Shown here piece by piece: positions 31,451-42,173 of a stretch of DNA of 64,000 nucleotides (the stretch's first letter is position 1; each line of letters begins with the position of its first letter). The position numbers were made by a program, and so were the translations under genes. The DNA comes from Spirochaetota bacterium (GTDB lineage: Bacteria; Spirochaetota; UBA4802; UBA5550). Below the pieces are notes generated by a model. The model was not told the DNA's origin, ran no database searches, and was given only the letters and a program-made list of their open reading frames with translations. The DNA is taken from positions 1,120,001-1,184,000 of the forward strand of contig OY760686.1 of assembly GCA_963663865.1 (NCBI GenBank), written 5' to 3'.

Positions 31451-31707
31451 TTATCAATCCTGAAAAGCAGAATTGACTATTATAATAGTGTGCTCTGAAA
31501 TAGCAATGATTTTTAGGATTTGTGTATTGAGGGAGCCTTAAGGGCGGGAGCAGTCAGCTGACTCTGTTTTGAAAAAACATGATCATAGTATTTGTAATTG
31601 TTCAATGTAGCAGAGAAAAAAATCAAAAACTTATGGACACATCAGCCAATTTATATAGAATAAAAAATGAGTTTCACAAAATTATTCAAAACTGAGAGGA
31701 GGATGGT

Positions 31708-31986
31708 TTGAAGAAAATTTCACTGATGATGGTTTTAGTTCTCGCCGGATTGACTCTGGTAACGGCTGCGCCGGTGAAGGACAGCGCGGCTGCATACTGC
31801 ATCAAGCGTGTTATTGAGAGTCACAGGAATGGTGTGTATAAAAATGTCACAATAGGGTGTAAAAACGGGTTCCCGACTGCTCACTATTATGATACAACAT
31901 TTAAAAAACAAAGGAATGTTTGGGCTTATTCAGCCAGCCTGGGTAAAAAGGTCAAGGCCGCATGTCCAAAAAATCCCTGCCAGTAA
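31708..31986 (+). CDS. Small secreted basic protein with 4 Cys
   Basis: TTG start after a GAGGAGG RBS; signal peptide; hairpin downstream (32005-32047). Confidence 0.7.
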   Translation: MKKISLMMVLVLAGLTLVTAAPVKDSAAAYCIKRVIESHRNGVYKNVTIGCKNGFPTAHYYDTTFKKQRNVWAYSASLGKKVKAACPKNPCQ

Positions 31987-32196
31987 GTCCCTGTTGAATA
32001 ATTTCAATGCCCCTCGTGTTTCACAGTCATAGAAGCGGGGGCATTGAGCATTTCTCTTTCTGTGATTGTTCGAAAATCATATGATGTTTTTGCTTTTTGA
32101 GTAATAACGGGCCTCTTGTTCTACGGCATATCCAGCCGATATTAACTTGACATAGCCGGATACACTTTGACGATTACTTCATTCGAGGTAATCGGT

Positions 32197-33372
32197 ATGT
32201 CAGCAACCAGATCAGTCGTTCTAAAAAAAGGCAGAGAAAAGGCCGTAAGAAACCGTCATCACTGGGTGTTCTCCGGAGCAGTAAAGAGTGTTTCGGAAGG
32301 CATCGAAAATGGAGATATTGTTGAGGTCAGAAGCATTGACGGAGAGCTTCTCGGTCATGCCTGCTGCAATCCGCATGGATCAATTCTGGCAAGAATGCTC
32401 TCATTTGGCAGTGAAGACCCACATCACGCAGTAGCTCAGGCGATACGTGAAGCCTGGGACATGAGGCAGGCGCTGCTCACCCGGGATACCGATGCCTACA
32501 GGCTTATAAACGGCGAGGCCGACCGTATTCCTGGACTCGTTGTTGATGTTTACGGAGATGCTGTCGTTCTGCAGGCCGGAACAGCCGGTATTGATAAGCT
32601 GAAAAAATTTGTAACAGATGAGATTGTTAAAATACTAAATCCTGTAGCGGTTATCGAAAAATCCGACTCGCCCTCCCGAGCGGGAGAGGGGCTACCTCCT
32701 TCGGAGGGCCTGCTGTTTGGAAAATCAGAGGGACAGGTTTCTTTTACTGAGGACGGAATGAAGTTCAGGGCTGATCTTCTGACGGGACAGAAGACCGGCT
32801 TTTTTCTTGATCAGAGAGGCAACAGACGCACGGTCCGCTCAATGAGCAGGGGGCGCGACGTTCTCAACCTGTTCTCGTACACAGGAGGCTTTACGGTTGC
32901 CGCCGCGTCAGGGGGAGCAAAGTCGGTCCTGTCTGTTGATGTGTCTGAGGATGCGCTCAAAATGGCAAAGGTAAACGGAGATAATAACAATCCCGGCGGT
33001 GCAGAACTTGCTTATGTGTGCGCTGACGTGTTCAGCTATCTGAGAGAAAACAGGATAGAGAGTGATTTTATTATTGTTGATCCTCCGGCTTTCGCAAAAA
33101 AAAAGAAGGACATAGAACCCGCGTGCAGGGGTTATAAGGATATCAACAGGCTGGTCTTTCAGGGAGCACGTCCCGGAGCCGTCGTCTTGACATGTTCATG
33201 CTCATATCATGTAGGCTATGACCTGTTTCAAAATGTTGTTTTTCAGGCCGCGGCTGAGGCCGGGCGCAATGTCAGGATTATCGGAAGGCACCGCCTCGCG
33301 GAGGATCATCCGGTCAACATATATCATCCTGAGACCGATTACCTAAAAAGCCTGCTGCTTTATGTTTCGTAG
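32197..33372 (+). CDS. rlmI: RlmI-family SAM-dependent rRNA methyltransferase
   Basis: PUA domain HHWVFSG; GQKTGFFLDQR, LNLFSYTGGF, DPPAF, TCSCS and YLK. Confidence 0.92.
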   Translation: MSATRSVVLKKGREKAVRNRHHWVFSGAVKSVSEGIENGDIVEVRSIDGELLGHACCNPHGSILARMLSFGSEDPHHAVAQAIREAWDMRQALLTRDTDAYRLINGEADRIPGLVVDVYGDAVVLQAGTAGIDKLKKFVTDEIVKILNPVAVIEKSDSPSRAGEGLPPSEGLLFGKSEGQVSFTEDGMKFRADLLTGQKTGFFLDQRGNRRTVRSMSRGRDVLNLFSYTGGFTVAAASGGAKSVLSVDVSEDALKMAKVNGDNNNPGGAELAYVCADVFSYLRENRIESDFIIVDPPAFAKKKKDIEPACRGYKDINRLVFQGARPGAVVLTCSCSYHVGYDLFQNVVFQAAAEAGRNVRIIGRHRLAEDHPVNIYHPETDYLKSLLLYVS

Positions 33373-33401
33373 CGATCAATATTCATGAACGGGAGAATAA
33401 A

Positions 33402-34337
33402 ATGATAAGTGCCAGCGGTATTTCAAAGTCGTACGGCAGTATTAGGGCCGTCAATGGAATATCTTTTTCGATCAACGAGGGCGAGATTACCGGGCTTCTG
33501 GGCCCGAACGGGGCCGGCAAGACGACGACGCTCCGAATGCTGACAGGATATCTCAAGCCTGACAGCGGAGAGGTTGTAGTCGGCGATCTTCGCGCGGGTG
33601 AGGCTGATGTCAGGCTCCGGCAGATGATCGGCTATCTTCCTGAGTCGGCGCCGGTTTACGGCGACATGCTCGTTTACGATTACCTGAGCTACATTGCCTC
33701 AGTCAGGGATATTCCTGATTCTCATGCAAGCATTGAGCGTGCAGCTGTTCTCTGCGGGATACTTCCGGTAATGCACAGGAATGTCAATGAGCTTTCAAAG
33801 GGATACAGACAGCGTGTCGGTTTGGCTCAGGCTATAATACACGACCCGCAAATCCTCATACTCGATGAACCCACAACGGGTCTTGATCCGAACCAGATAG
33901 TCGAGATCAGGAGCCTTATCCGTGAAATTGGGAAGAAGAAAACGGTAATCCTTTCCACTCATATTCTTTCCGAAGTGGAAGCGGCGTGCGACAGAGTGAT
34001 TATCATCAATAGAGGGAATATCGCGGCAGATGAGCGTACCGAGAGTCTCCTCTCGTCAGCTTCGGGCGGTCTGACGGTAAGGGCGGCGGGCGTTTCCGCG
34101 GATGAGCTGGTTGCGGCGCTGTCCTCGCTACAGGGAGCAGGCAGCGCTGTGCAATGCGAGGGAGAGCCGGGTTTAGCTTCCGCGGTTGTAAGGTCTGTGC
34201 AGAATGGTACAGACCTGCGTCCCGGTGTTTTTAACCTCGCGCGCGACAGAGGCTGGACGCTCTATGAGCTGTCCAGAGAACAGAATACGCTTGAAAACAT
34301 TTTCAGAGAGCTTACCTCCGGAGGCAATAATGAATAG
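33402..34337 (+). CDS. ABC transporter ATP-binding protein (GldA-like)
   Basis: GPNGAGKTT, LSKGYRQR and LDEPTTGLDP. Confidence 0.93.
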   Translation: MISASGISKSYGSIRAVNGISFSINEGEITGLLGPNGAGKTTTLRMLTGYLKPDSGEVVVGDLRAGEADVRLRQMIGYLPESAPVYGDMLVYDYLSYIASVRDIPDSHASIERAAVLCGILPVMHRNVNELSKGYRQRVGLAQAIIHDPQILILDEPTTGLDPNQIVEIRSLIREIGKKKTVILSTHILSEVEAACDRVIIINRGNIAADERTESLLSSASGGLTVRAAGVSADELVAALSSLQGAGSAVQCEGEPGLASAVVRSVQNGTDLRPGVFNLARDRGWTLYELSREQNTLENIFRELTSGGNNE

Positions 34338-35037
34338 AAAAGGAATTCAGGCTGTCGCTTCAAGGGAGATGGCATCCTATTTCACGAGTCCAATCGCCTA
34401 TATAGTCATAACAGTGTTTCTTCTTTTTACGGGATTCATGTTTTTTAAGGACTTTTTTTATTTCAACCAGGCTGAGATGAGGAACCTGTTTCAGTCGCTG
34501 CCTCTTATGTTTACCTTTTTCGTTCCTGCAGTAACCATGCGGCTTTTCTCCGAGGAGAAGCAGACCGGCACAATTGAGATGCTGCTTACGATGCCGTTAA
34601 CTGTTTCCGAGATTGTAATAGGAAAGTACATAGCAGCGTGCGTATTTATCGGGGCAATGCTTGCTCCCACGCTTGTCTATCTCTTTACTGTTCTTCTTGT
34701 CGGTTCTCCTGATATGGGACCTGTCGCGGGCGGTTACCTTGGTGCGCTGTTTTTAGGTTCGGCAATGGCCGGAATAGGCATGATAACATCGGCTCTCACC
34801 CGCAATCAGATTGTCGCCTTTATTACAGCCTGGGCTGCCGGATTCTTCCTCTGGATGATCAATAAAATAACGGTCTTTCTTCCCGGTGCCATGTCATTTC
34901 TTGAACAGGCCGGGACTGATTATCATTTTCAGAACATATCGAGGGGACTTATAGACACGCGTGACATTATCTACTTTGTTTCAGTCGCAGTTATATCAAT
35001 ACTGCTGACAGTAAAAATCCTTGAGGAAAGGAGATAG
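34330..35037 (+). CDS. ABC-2 permease (GldF-like)
   Basis: YFTSPIAY, TMRLFSEEKQTGTIEMLLT and RGLIDTRD. ATG at 34330 overlaps the upstream gene end. Confidence 0.9.
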   Translation: MNRKGIQAVASREMASYFTSPIAYIVITVFLLFTGFMFFKDFFYFNQAEMRNLFQSLPLMFTFFVPAVTMRLFSEEKQTGTIEMLLTMPLTVSEIVIGKYIAACVFIGAMLAPTLVYLFTVLLVGSPDMGPVAGGYLGALFLGSAMAGIGMITSALTRNQIVAFITAWAAGFFLWMINKITVFLPGAMSFLEQAGTDYHFQNISRGLIDTRDIIYFVSVAVISILLTVKILEERR

Positions 35038-35042
35038 TTGAC

Positions 35043-37217
35043 ATGAGCAAAGTCGTTTTGAAAATAAAAGGACTATTAAAGTCTGCACCCGGATATTTCA
35101 GGTCGATAGTGGAAGGGAGAAACAGAAATGCCGGTTTCATTCTGTATATAGCTGTTATTCTGCTATTGAATGCAGCTGCTTCAACTCTGAACTTCCGGCT
35201 TGACCTTACGAGGAACAGCGCCTATTCACTTTCAGAAAAAAGCATTGACCTTGTTTCAAATCTCAGCAGCAACATGAAGGTTAAGGTGCTTTTCTCAGAG
35301 GACCTTCCCGCTGAACATGCCGCTGTGCACAGGTATATCAGGGATATTCTGGATGAGTATGAATACTACGGTAACAGGTTCTTTGCTGTCGAGTACGTAT
35401 CCGGCGATGAGATGGAGAAGACGGCCTCAGAGTATGGAATTCAGCCTGTTCAGAGCAGGGAGCTTGTTGATGACCAGCTGAAGATAAGAAACACCTACAT
35501 GGGTCTGGTCATTCAGTACACCGATTCAGTCGAAAAGATATCGCCTCTGGCAGATGCGGAGGGACTTGAATATAAAATAACCTCCGCGATGGAGAAGATG
35601 TCTTCAAAGGCCGAGTCACTTCAGAAGCTGGACAGTCCTCTGGCGCTCAGGCTCTACACTTCCGATCAACTCAGGAAGCTGCCTATATCAGGCATAGAAA
35701 AGCTGGAAGAGACTGTAATGGAGGCAGCTGAAAAGGCATCGCGTTTAAATTATGGTAAAATCAAATTCGAGAAGGCCGGTGCGGGTGAGGGGCAAAACCC
35801 TGAAGAGCTTAAGAAGGCTTTCGGAATTGAGGTCGTGTCATGGAATGCCGGTACAGACAGAAACGGCCGCTATCTAAAACCCGGAAGCGCTCCACTGGGA
35901 CTTGTATTAACCAACGGAAGCAAACACAGAGCTATTCCTCTTGAGGTACAACCGACACTTTTTGGCGGGTATATTCTTTCCGGGCTGGAGGCCCTTGAAG
36001 ATTCCATCAATGACGCTGTTTCTACGCTCTTAAACTCCGGTCTCAAGGTGGGCTATGTAACAGGGCATGGTATCGCGGGACTCGATGATAACAGGACACG
36101 CGAAGGTGCGGCCCTTCTCAAGGAACTCCTGTCCGACCGTTATGAGCTGGTTCCTCTCGATCTTTCGAAAGATGAGATACCCTCCGATGTGGACACACTG
36201 ATTGTGAACGGGCCCGAGAAGAGGATGAGTGAACTTGAACTTTTCCGAATTGATCAGCATCTCATGAGGGGCGGCTCAGCTTTTGTTTTGCTTGACTCGT
36301 ACATTGAAGAGCAGCAGGACCAGTACGCTGCCATGTTGGGACAGCAGCCTTCAGTCGCGGTGGTTGACAGCGGGTTGACTGAGATGCTTTCCTCATACGG
36401 GATCAGAGTCAACAAGGACATCGTTCTGGATAAGAGCTGTACCCAGGTCCAGGCGGGCGGACAGGTGATGGACTATCCTGCTATACCGCTTATAAGAAAA
36501 GAAGGCCTGTCTGACTCAAATCCGGCAACGGCCTATCTCAACAGCCTGCTTTTTATCAAGAGTTCATCAATAACGGTTGATGATGAGGCTGTCAAAAAGA
36601 GCGGGCTTGCAGCGAAGCCTCTGACAAGGTCGAGTTCTTCAAGCTGGCTGATGAAGGACAATGTCAGCTTCGATCCGTTCTCCATGATGGCTGTTCCCGA
36701 AAAGGATATGAAGCCGTACAGCCTTGCCGTTTACGCTGAAGGGAAGCTGAAGAGCAGCTTCGCGGGCAGAATTGTTCCGGGGATATCAACAGAGAAAAAC
36801 AGATCAGGCCTTATTAAGAGCGCAGGAAGGCTTGACGAAACTGTTAAGGGCCTGCAGAGCAGACTTGTTGTCGTAGGAACATCGGAAATCGCGTCATCGG
36901 GCTTTATTATGGACGCGAGAAAGATTCTCTCCGGTGGCGGCGCCGCATCTGTTTCAGGAAATGAAAACTTCCTTCACGGCGCAGTTGATTACCTGACCGG
37001 GAATGTCTTCATCCCCCCCATGATGAACAAAGGAATGGAGTATAACCCTCTTGAGATGACTGAGCCCGGAACCAGGTTTTTCCTCAAGTCGCTCAACATA
37101 GCGGGGGTTCCAATTCTGATTATATTGACCGGGCTTCTCGTCTGGAGGCGCAGGAATCAGAGAAAGGCCATGATTAAGGCCAGGTTTTTGAAGGAGGCCG
37201 CTGATGAGGTTCGATAA
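35043..37217 (+). CDS. GldG-family ABC auxiliary protein
   Basis: RLDLTRNSAYSLS, EYKIT, GHG and DQHLMRGG; C-terminal TM plus RRR. Confidence 0.88.
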   Translation: MSKVVLKIKGLLKSAPGYFRSIVEGRNRNAGFILYIAVILLLNAAASTLNFRLDLTRNSAYSLSEKSIDLVSNLSSNMKVKVLFSEDLPAEHAAVHRYIRDILDEYEYYGNRFFAVEYVSGDEMEKTASEYGIQPVQSRELVDDQLKIRNTYMGLVIQYTDSVEKISPLADAEGLEYKITSAMEKMSSKAESLQKLDSPLALRLYTSDQLRKLPISGIEKLEETVMEAAEKASRLNYGKIKFEKAGAGEGQNPEELKKAFGIEVVSWNAGTDRNGRYLKPGSAPLGLVLTNGSKHRAIPLEVQPTLFGGYILSGLEALEDSINDAVSTLLNSGLKVGYVTGHGIAGLDDNRTREGAALLKELLSDRYELVPLDLSKDEIPSDVDTLIVNGPEKRMSELELFRIDQHLMRGGSAFVLLDSYIEEQQDQYAAMLGQQPSVAVVDSGLTEMLSSYGIRVNKDIVLDKSCTQVQAGGQVMDYPAIPLIRKEGLSDSNPATAYLNSLLFIKSSSITVDDEAVKKSGLAAKPLTRSSSSSWLMKDNVSFDPFSMMAVPEKDMKPYSLAVYAEGKLKSSFAGRIVPGISTEKNRSGLIKSAGRLDETVKGLQSRLVVVGTSEIASSGFIMDARKILSGGGAASVSGNENFLHGAVDYLTGNVFIPPMMNKGMEYNPLEMTEPGTRFFLKSLNIAGVPILIILTGLLVWRRRNQRKAMIKARFLKEAADEVR

Positions 37218-38151
37218 AAAGATTGCAGCAGGGATTTCAGCGCTTGTACTGCTCGTGTTGTATCTGCTTTTGCGCGATGTCACGTTCAAATCCGGTATGC
37301 CCGAAATAGCAGACTGGAAAGGCGATGCAGATTTACTGACTGTCACCGGTCCCTCAGGCACGGTGAAGCTTGCCAGAGAGGGTGACCGATGGTTTGTCGG
37401 AGAGAAAAAGTATCCGGCTGATGGCGGTGTTGTTGCTCAACTGCTGAAGAAGATCAATGAACTCGAAGGACTTGAGCTCGTAGCGGAGAAAGCATACTTC
37501 CCGGGCTACGGGCTTGATGGAGATTCAACTGTCAGCGCTTCATTATCGGTCGGCGGGAAAGAGGTCAGGAAAGTAGTATTTGGAGGAAAGAATTCAGCGG
37601 CATCCCATACCTTTGTTCGGATCGATGGTTCTGATTCGGTCTATCAGCTTCCGGGATCATTCGACAGCGATCTTAAAAAAAATGTGGACGATTTCCGTGA
37701 CAGAAGGGTCATATCGCTTTCACCCGACGCTCCCGAGAAGCTGACAATAAGCTACCGCGGGAAGACTTATGAAATTACTAAAGTAAAAAAAGGGGGGGAT
37801 GAAGGCCTGTACTCATGGCAGACATCTTCTGGTCTTGAACTCGACCGTTACGAGGTCGAATCGAGGATTGGATACCTTTGTTCCGTACAGGCTTCGGCTT
37901 TCCTGCCCGACGGCACTGTTCTCAGAGGGGAGCCTATCTGCACAGTAAGGGCGGCACACAGCGGAGGAGAGACCGCTCTCAAAATCTATTCAAGGGGCGA
38001 TACAGATGCGAATACTTACAGGGCAGCGTCGTCGGAAAGCCCGTACGCATTTACTATTGACTCCTGGAAGGCTGAAGAATTTTTTATTGATAATATATCA
38101 AAACTGCAGCATAATAAAAAGCAGCCAGGCGCTGAGGGCGCAGGCCAATAA
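37204..38151 (+). CDS. DUF4340-like protein
   Basis: N-terminal TM; YPAD, YGLD and FRDR motifs; usual position after gldG. Confidence 0.75.
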   Translation: MRFDKKIAAGISALVLLVLYLLLRDVTFKSGMPEIADWKGDADLLTVTGPSGTVKLAREGDRWFVGEKKYPADGGVVAQLLKKINELEGLELVAEKAYFPGYGLDGDSTVSASLSVGGKEVRKVVFGGKNSAASHTFVRIDGSDSVYQLPGSFDSDLKKNVDDFRDRRVISLSPDAPEKLTISYRGKTYEITKVKKGGDEGLYSWQTSSGLELDRYEVESRIGYLCSVQASAFLPDGTVLRGEPICTVRAAHSGGETALKIYSRGDTDANTYRAASSESPYAFTIDSWKAEEFFIDNISKLQHNKKQPGAEGAGQ

Positions 38152-38168
38152 AACAGGGATGGAGTCAA

Positions 38169-40535
38169 ATGCAGGATAATAACGGACAAAACAAAACTCT
38201 CGTTCTCGCGAGCGACGTTCTGCCGGAAACCCTTACAATTATACCGCTTTCGCAGAGGCCGATATTTCCGGGCATGATGGTGCCCCTTGTTCTCAGCGGC
38301 GATGATATGATAAACAGCGCCAGCGAGATCATGGAAACTGATCATAAGATTGCGGGAGTTGTTCTTATAGAAAAGAATCACGAGGGAAATGCTGTCAGCG
38401 ATGATCTTTACCGTGTCGGAGTGGCAGTGAAAGTACTGAAGGTAACTCCGATTGACGATAAGAGCATTCAGGTGATGGTGAACGCCCTTGGCCGTTTCAC
38501 CTTCAGAAGCGTAGTTGAGGACGGCCCGCTTTTAAAGTGGAAGGTCCTTCATCACAGGGAGGAGCCGGCTGACAGCACCGAAGAGATGAAGGCCTACTCT
38601 ATGGCTATCATATCCTCTATACGAGATCTTATTAAGTCTAACTCCCTGTTCCAGGAGGAGTTCAAGCTTTTCCTGAACAGGTTTACCGCAGAAGACCCCG
38701 GAAAGCTGGCGGACTTCGTCTCCTCCATGACATCGGCCGACTCGAGGGAAATACAGGAGGTTCTGGAAACCTTCGAACTAAGAAAGCGGGTTGAGAAGGT
38801 AATAGTCCTTCTTAAAAAGGAGATAGAGCTCAGCAAGCTTCAGAAAAAGATATCGCAGCAGATAGAGGAGAGGCTGACTAAGCAGCAGAAGGAGTTTTTC
38901 CTTAGAGAACAGCTGAAAGAGATAAAGAAGGAGCTTGGTCTTGAGAAAGACGAAAAGACCACTGAGATAGAAAAGATTGAAGAGAGGCTGACCTCACTGA
39001 AGCTGACTGAAGAAGCACGGAAGAGAATTGAAGAGGAGCTTTCAAAGCTGCGATTTCTTGAGCCCCATTCCGCGGAGTACGGGGTAAGCAGAAATTATCT
39101 CGACTGGCTTACACAGCTTCCATGGGGAAAGTATTCTCAGGACAATTACGATATCGCAAAAGCCCGGAAGGTGCTTGACCGTGACCATTTTGGCCTTGAG
39201 GACATAAAGGAAAGGATACTTGAGTTTATTAGTACCGGAAAGATGAAGGGGAATATCAGCGGATCGATTATTCTCTTTGTCGGCCCTCCAGGCGTCGGCA
39301 AAACGTCGATAGGGAAATCGGTCGCGGAGTCCCTCGGTCGTAAGTTCTACAGGTTTTCGCTCGGAGGTATGCGCGACGAGGCGGAGATCAAAGGGCACAG
39401 AAGAACCTACATCGGGGCAATGCCCGGAAAAATCATTCAGAGCCTCAAGACCGTAGACGTGGCAAACCCGGTAATTATGCTTGATGAGATCGACAAGATA
39501 GGGGCAAGTTTTCAGGGAGATCCTGCTTCGGCGCTGCTTGAGGTGCTTGACCCTGAGCAGAACATGAATTTTCTTGATCACTACCTGGATGTCAGGTTCG
39601 ATCTTTCGAATGTTCTGTTTATAGCTACGGCAAATCAGCTCGACACCATTCCAAGGCCTCTTCTCGACAGGATGGAGGTCATGAAACTCTCGGGCTATAT
39701 TCTTGAAGAAAAGCTTCAGATCGCCAGGAAATATCTTGTTCCAAAACAGCGCTCTGAGCACGGGCTTTCAAAGGATATGGTTTCAATCGATAACGGGGCT
39801 CTCAAGTATATTATAGACGGCTACGCGAGGGAGGCCGGGGTGAGGAGCCTTGAAAACCATATACGCAAAATAATGCGAAAGGTTACACGCAAGTTTGCGG
39901 AAGGTTTTGACGGCAAGATCAGCATAACGCACGATAATGTTCCTGATTATCTCGGACACAGGATTTTCTCCGAGGAGTCTCTATACGACAAGAGTATTCC
40001 CGGAGTCGTGTTAGGTCTGGCATGGACAAGCATGGGCGGAGCGACTCTCTACATTGAGGCCACTGACATTCCGGCAAAGGCAAGGGGGTACAAGCAGACT
40101 GGACAGCTCGGCAATGTAATGAAGGAGTCTACAGAAATAGCTTACACCTATATCAATTCAAGGGCGGTGGACTACGGAATTGATCCGGAGTACTTTAACA
40201 ACCGGATGATACACCTTCACGTTCCAGCCGGTGCGACTCCCAAGGACGGCCCTTCGGCGGGCATTACCATGGCAACAGCGCTCTATTCGCTGGCCAAGAA
40301 CAAGCCTATCAAAAGAAATGTTGCCATGACCGGTGAGCTTACTATAACTGGAAAGGTCCTGCCGATAGGCGGTGTAAAGGAGAAAACCATAGCTGCTAAA
40401 AGAGCAAAGGTAAAGACCATTATTTTCCCCTACGAGAACAAAAAGGATTTTGACGAACTCCCGGATCACATCAAATCAGGGCTTACACCGCATTTTGTGA
40501 ATTACTTCGATGAGGTCTTAAAGATAGTATACTGA
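38169..40535 (+). CDS. lon: ATP-dependent Lon protease
   Basis: GPPGVGKTS, GHRRTYIGA, LDEIDK and PKDGPSAG. Confidence 0.98.
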   Translation: MQDNNGQNKTLVLASDVLPETLTIIPLSQRPIFPGMMVPLVLSGDDMINSASEIMETDHKIAGVVLIEKNHEGNAVSDDLYRVGVAVKVLKVTPIDDKSIQVMVNALGRFTFRSVVEDGPLLKWKVLHHREEPADSTEEMKAYSMAIISSIRDLIKSNSLFQEEFKLFLNRFTAEDPGKLADFVSSMTSADSREIQEVLETFELRKRVEKVIVLLKKEIELSKLQKKISQQIEERLTKQQKEFFLREQLKEIKKELGLEKDEKTTEIEKIEERLTSLKLTEEARKRIEEELSKLRFLEPHSAEYGVSRNYLDWLTQLPWGKYSQDNYDIAKARKVLDRDHFGLEDIKERILEFISTGKMKGNISGSIILFVGPPGVGKTSIGKSVAESLGRKFYRFSLGGMRDEAEIKGHRRTYIGAMPGKIIQSLKTVDVANPVIMLDEIDKIGASFQGDPASALLEVLDPEQNMNFLDHYLDVRFDLSNVLFIATANQLDTIPRPLLDRMEVMKLSGYILEEKLQIARKYLVPKQRSEHGLSKDMVSIDNGALKYIIDGYAREAGVRSLENHIRKIMRKVTRKFAEGFDGKISITHDNVPDYLGHRIFSEESLYDKSIPGVVLGLAWTSMGGATLYIEATDIPAKARGYKQTGQLGNVMKESTEIAYTYINSRAVDYGIDPEYFNNRMIHLHVPAGATPKDGPSAGITMATALYSLAKNKPIKRNVAMTGELTITGKVLPIGGVKEKTIAAKRAKVKTIIFPYENKKDFDELPDHIKSGLTPHFVNYFDEVLKIVY

Positions 40536-40566
40536 GTGTTTAAGTTTTATGGGATGGGCTGAACGC

Positions 40567-42165
40567 TCATCCCATAAGGGTCTGAATCGCCTTAAGAAGC
40601 TCGTTTTTCTTGTATGGCTTTTGTAGATACAGAAAGTATTTGTTGTCATTAAGAAGTTCATTAAGTCCTTCCTTAGAATAGCCGGAAGATATTATTCCCT
40701 TGAGATCCGGGTTGATCTTACGCATTTCAATGAGGGTGTCCTTGCCGTTTCTCCCCGGCATAATCATGTCCATTATTACAATGTCAATATATTGCCACGT
40801 TTGTCTGTAGTATTCCAGAGCGCTGTTGCCGTCCGGAAAAGCCGTCGCTATGTGGCCTGCATCTGTCAGCATGTCTGTTGAAATTTCCCTGAAGTCTTTC
40901 TCATCATCTGCGAGTAATATTCTGGCCGGTGCAAAATCCGCAGATACGTTGTGTTCGAATAATCTGCTTCCTTTATCATTTAAGGACGATAGAGGCAGGT
41001 AGACTGAAAAGGTGCTCCCATTCCCCGGGCTGCTCAAAACAGAAACGGTTCCATTGTGACTCTGCACAGTCCCAAGTACCGCGGATAGCCCCATTCCAGT
41101 TCCTTTGCCTTCAGGCTTTGTCGTAAAAAAAGGCTCAAAGATTCTGTTCTGTATTTCTTCGGGAATTCCGCAGCCCGTATCCGTTATACTCATTTTTACA
41201 TATTTACCGGGATTGATTTTTATAAACGAGCTGCCTGTAAGATGTTCTGTAACAACTTCAATATCAGTCTTTATTATTATTTCTCCGCCGCCGGGCATTG
41301 CATCTCTGGCGTTTATGCAGAGGTTGAGAAGCAAGTTCTGTATCTGGGTATGGTCGCCCTGAATTACAGGATCTCTTTTATCCAAATTTGTCTTTATCGT
41401 AATACTTTTATCGAAGGTATGTTTGAGAATTCCAGCCACATCTGTTGCAATTTTGTTGATATCCAGCTGTGAAGACTGAATTTTACCCTTCCTGGCGAAG
41501 GAGAGCAGCTGTGATGTAAGCCCCGATGCATTGTTAACGCTGGTAATGAGTTTTTCGGCAAAACTGCGAACTTCCTGGTTGTCCTTTTCTCTCGCAATAA
41601 TAAGCTCAGTCAATCCCATTATTGCCGCAAGTTGATTGTTGAAGTCATGAGCAATACCGCCTGCGAGCTGTCCAATGGCGTCCATTTTTTCTCTGTGATG
41701 CAGTTTTTCCGAGAGAAGCATACGCTCCTCTTCGATTTTTCTTCGTGCTTCAATTTCACTCATGAGTTTTTTGTTAATTATTTTAAGTTCGGCGTTTTTA
41801 AGTATTAGCTCCTGTGCCTGGCTATAGGTGAGGCTATTGAGTCTATTTTTTTCGTTTTGCAGAATTTCAGTTAAATTTCTGTTTTCAAGAATAACGGCGA
41901 GCATCTGAATCGAGTTTTGAAAGAGTATCAAGTCATTCCTGGGGATTTTATCATAATCACCATGTATTATTATAAAACCGTAGTTCTTGTTAATTGTCTG
42001 AACAGTATGGTATCTGATGGAGCTATCAGGGACTTCGCTGGTGAACGTCAGTTTGATATCCACGAGCTCTGTCTCCAGCGACTCGATAAAAAGTTTTATT
42101 ATTCTTTCCTGACTTCCTGTCTGGGCAAGTGTCAACATAAGAAGGAAGAGATCATGCGCATTCAT
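40567..42165 (-). CDS. Hybrid histidine kinase / response regulator
   Basis: AGGIAHDFNN, NARDAM, FEPFFTTK..GTGMGL; receiver domain DDE...DMIMPG...KP. Confidence 0.95.
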   Translation of the reverse strand: MNAHDLFLLMLTLAQTGSQERIIKLFIESLETELVDIKLTFTSEVPDSSIRYHTVQTINKNYGFIIIHGDYDKIPRNDLILFQNSIQMLAVILENRNLTEILQNEKNRLNSLTYSQAQELILKNAELKIINKKLMSEIEARRKIEEERMLLSEKLHHREKMDAIGQLAGGIAHDFNNQLAAIMGLTELIIAREKDNQEVRSFAEKLITSVNNASGLTSQLLSFARKGKIQSSQLDINKIATDVAGILKHTFDKSITIKTNLDKRDPVIQGDHTQIQNLLLNLCINARDAMPGGGEIIIKTDIEVVTEHLTGSSFIKINPGKYVKMSITDTGCGIPEEIQNRIFEPFFTTKPEGKGTGMGLSAVLGTVQSHNGTVSVLSSPGNGSTFSVYLPLSSLNDKGSRLFEHNVSADFAPARILLADDEKDFREISTDMLTDAGHIATAFPDGNSALEYYRQTWQYIDIVIMDMIMPGRNGKDTLIEMRKINPDLKGIISSGYSKEGLNELLNDNKYFLYLQKPYKKNELLKAIQTLMG

Positions 42166-42173
42166 AATTGCCG

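Noticed and set aside
39042-39761. 239-aa antisense ORF in lon, and similar ORFs opposite flgE, fliK, gatA, nrdD and nif genes
   Set aside because: These are shadow frames of conserved genes with no independent evidence.
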